Made by a program: the position numbers and the translations under genes. Below, in pieces: positions 9,633 to 10,604 of a DNA stretch of 10,604 nucleotides. The stretch's first letter is position 1; each line of letters opens with the position of its first letter. The notes below the pieces were generated by a model, which saw only the letters and a program-made list of their open reading frames with translations, made no database searches and was not told the origin of the DNA. This stretch comes from Tolypothrix carrinoi HA7290-LM1 (GTDB taxonomy: Bacteria > Cyanobacteriota > Cyanobacteriia > Cyanobacteriales > Nostocaceae), in contig JAHHIK010000177.1 of assembly GCA_019358935.1 (NCBI GenBank), positions 1 through 10,604 of the forward strand, given 5' to 3'.

Positions 9633-10301
9633 ATGTCCGTCGCCCCAGATTTTCAACCCCCATTTGATGTAATATTTCCTCCAGGGGATTTATATAGTGA
9701 CGAACCACCTTTGGAAAGCGAGTTACATTTACGGCAAATAATTCTGCTATTACAATCTTTAGAATTGTGGTGGCAAAATCGCAATGACTTTTACGCTGCG
9801 GGTAATTTGACAGTTTATTACAGTCCACGTCAGCGCAAATCAGAAGAGTTCAAGGGACCAGATTTTTTTGTCGTGCTGGACACTGAACGCAAAGTCCGTA
9901 AAAGTTGGGTTGTTTGGGAAGAAAACGGCAAATATCCAAATCTGATTGTAGAACTTCTCTCAGATTCTACAGCGTCTACTGACAAAGGCTTGAAAAAACA
10001 GATTTATCAAGATATCTTTCGCACTCCAGAATACTTCTGGTTTGACCCGAATAATTTAGAATTTGCTGGGTTTATTTTACTTGGTGGTATTTATCGACCG
10101 ATAGAGCCTAATTCCCAAGGATGGTTGTGGAGTCAACAGCTAAACTTGTATTTAGGTGTTCATGAAAATAAATTGCGCTACTTTACCGCAGAAGGACAGT
10201 TAATTCCTACACCCGAAGAAGTTGCGAAACTCGCAACTCAAAAAGCCGATCGCCTTGCCGCAAAACTGCGAGAATTGAATATTGACCCAAATAATATCTA
10301 A
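9633..10301 (+). CDS. Uma2 (DUF820) family PD-(D/E)XK endonuclease-fold protein, 222 aa
   Basis: SDEPPLESELH, GPDFFVV, RKSWVVWEE, PNLIVELLSDST, EYFWFDP, C-terminal RLAAKLRELNIDP. Confidence 0.93.
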   Translation: MSVAPDFQPPFDVIFPPGDLYSDEPPLESELHLRQIILLLQSLELWWQNRNDFYAAGNLTVYYSPRQRKSEEFKGPDFFVVLDTERKVRKSWVVWEENGKYPNLIVELLSDSTASTDKGLKKQIYQDIFRTPEYFWFDPNNLEFAGFILLGGIYRPIEPNSQGWLWSQQLNLYLGVHENKLRYFTAEGQLIPTPEEVAKLATQKADRLAAKLRELNIDPNNI

Positions 10302-10325
10302 AAAATAACGCGATCGCCCTGCTGG

Positions 10326-10352
10326 TGTACCATATTATAATGCAGTGGTACA
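10326..10352. terminator. Short inverted repeat between convergent 3' ends (possible terminator)
   Basis: TGTACCA (10326-10332) / TGGTACA (10346-10352), between the Uma2 stop and the stop of the truncated minus-strand frame. Confidence 0.3.
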
Positions 10353-10353
10353 T

Positions 10354-10481
10354 TTAGTTGTTCCGTGTTGCCACAATAACTGCGCTTGTCGGATTTACCA
10401 TCACTTCGGTTGCAAAAACCCTCTTGTCATTCAACCAGAACTCACGCACCAAATCGGGTTGGTCGCGTTGCTCAGGTGTTT
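10354..10481 (-). pseudogene. 3' fragment of a gene apparently interrupted by the IS
   Basis: Open frame directly after the IS TCAA end: TPEQRDQPDLVREFWLNDKRVFATEVMVNPTSAVIVATRNN* (TAA 10356-10354). Protein-like composition, convergent with Uma2. Family not recognised. Confidence 0.55.
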
Positions 10482-10604
10482 TTGACATCCTCCCCGGTCT
10501 GAAGACACGGGGATTCCAAGAATCACTTCTTGGGTTTCCTCTTTCCGCGACTCGGCTTATTTAAAGGAGTTTCCCCACCCAAACAGAGGTCGATGTCTCC
10601 AGAG
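10482..10604 (-). mobile_element. Second copy of the IS200/IS605-family right end, inverted, truncated by the window end
   Basis: Exact reverse complement of 2-124, with TCAA at 10485-10482. Confidence 0.88.
10523..10603 (-). CDS. tnpB: 3' end of TnpB, second copy (partial)
   Basis: Same SGDIDLCLGGETPLNKPSRGKRKPKK* frame on the minus strand. Confidence 0.7.
   Translation of the reverse strand, partial: SGDIDLCLGGETPLNKPSRGKRKPKK

Larger units (their letters stand above)
10462..10604 (-). ncRNA. Second putative TnpB omegaRNA: same scaffold, guide ~10481-10462
   Basis: Scaffold identical to the left copy. The flank after TCAA reads AAACACCTGAGCAACGCGAC. Confidence 0.65.

Overview
A 10.6-kb segment from a cyanobacterium, most likely Nostocales: about 12 HIP1 GCGATCGC sites, STRR-like 7-mer and 9-mer tandem repeats, GTAG-type REP hairpins, a PEP-CTERM protein and a Uma2 gene. 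Minus-strand genes: bioF, ruvA, sucrose-phosphate phosphatase, a secreted hypothetical protein, class I fructose-bisphosphate aldolase and a PEP-CTERM amidase. Plus-strand genes: an FdhF/YdeP molybdopterin oxidoreductase and a Uma2-family endonuclease. The ORF track misses the most notable structure. The two window ends are a perfect 126-bp inverted repeat (2-127 vs 10479-10604), and each copy looks like the 3' end of tnpB plus the right end (GAAT-hairpin-TCAA) of an IS200/IS605-family element. This gives two identical, inward-pointing omegaRNA scaffolds, each followed by a different guide taken from its flank. The right copy appears to interrupt a gene. Other hidden features are a probable LuxR/NarL C-terminal remnant inside a HIP1-containing hairpin, and a composite 9-mer/7-mer repeat present twice in inverted orientation. 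The system belongs to a known family (TnpB/omegaRNA); the arrangement is what is unusual, and it may partly reflect assembly breaks at a multicopy IS.
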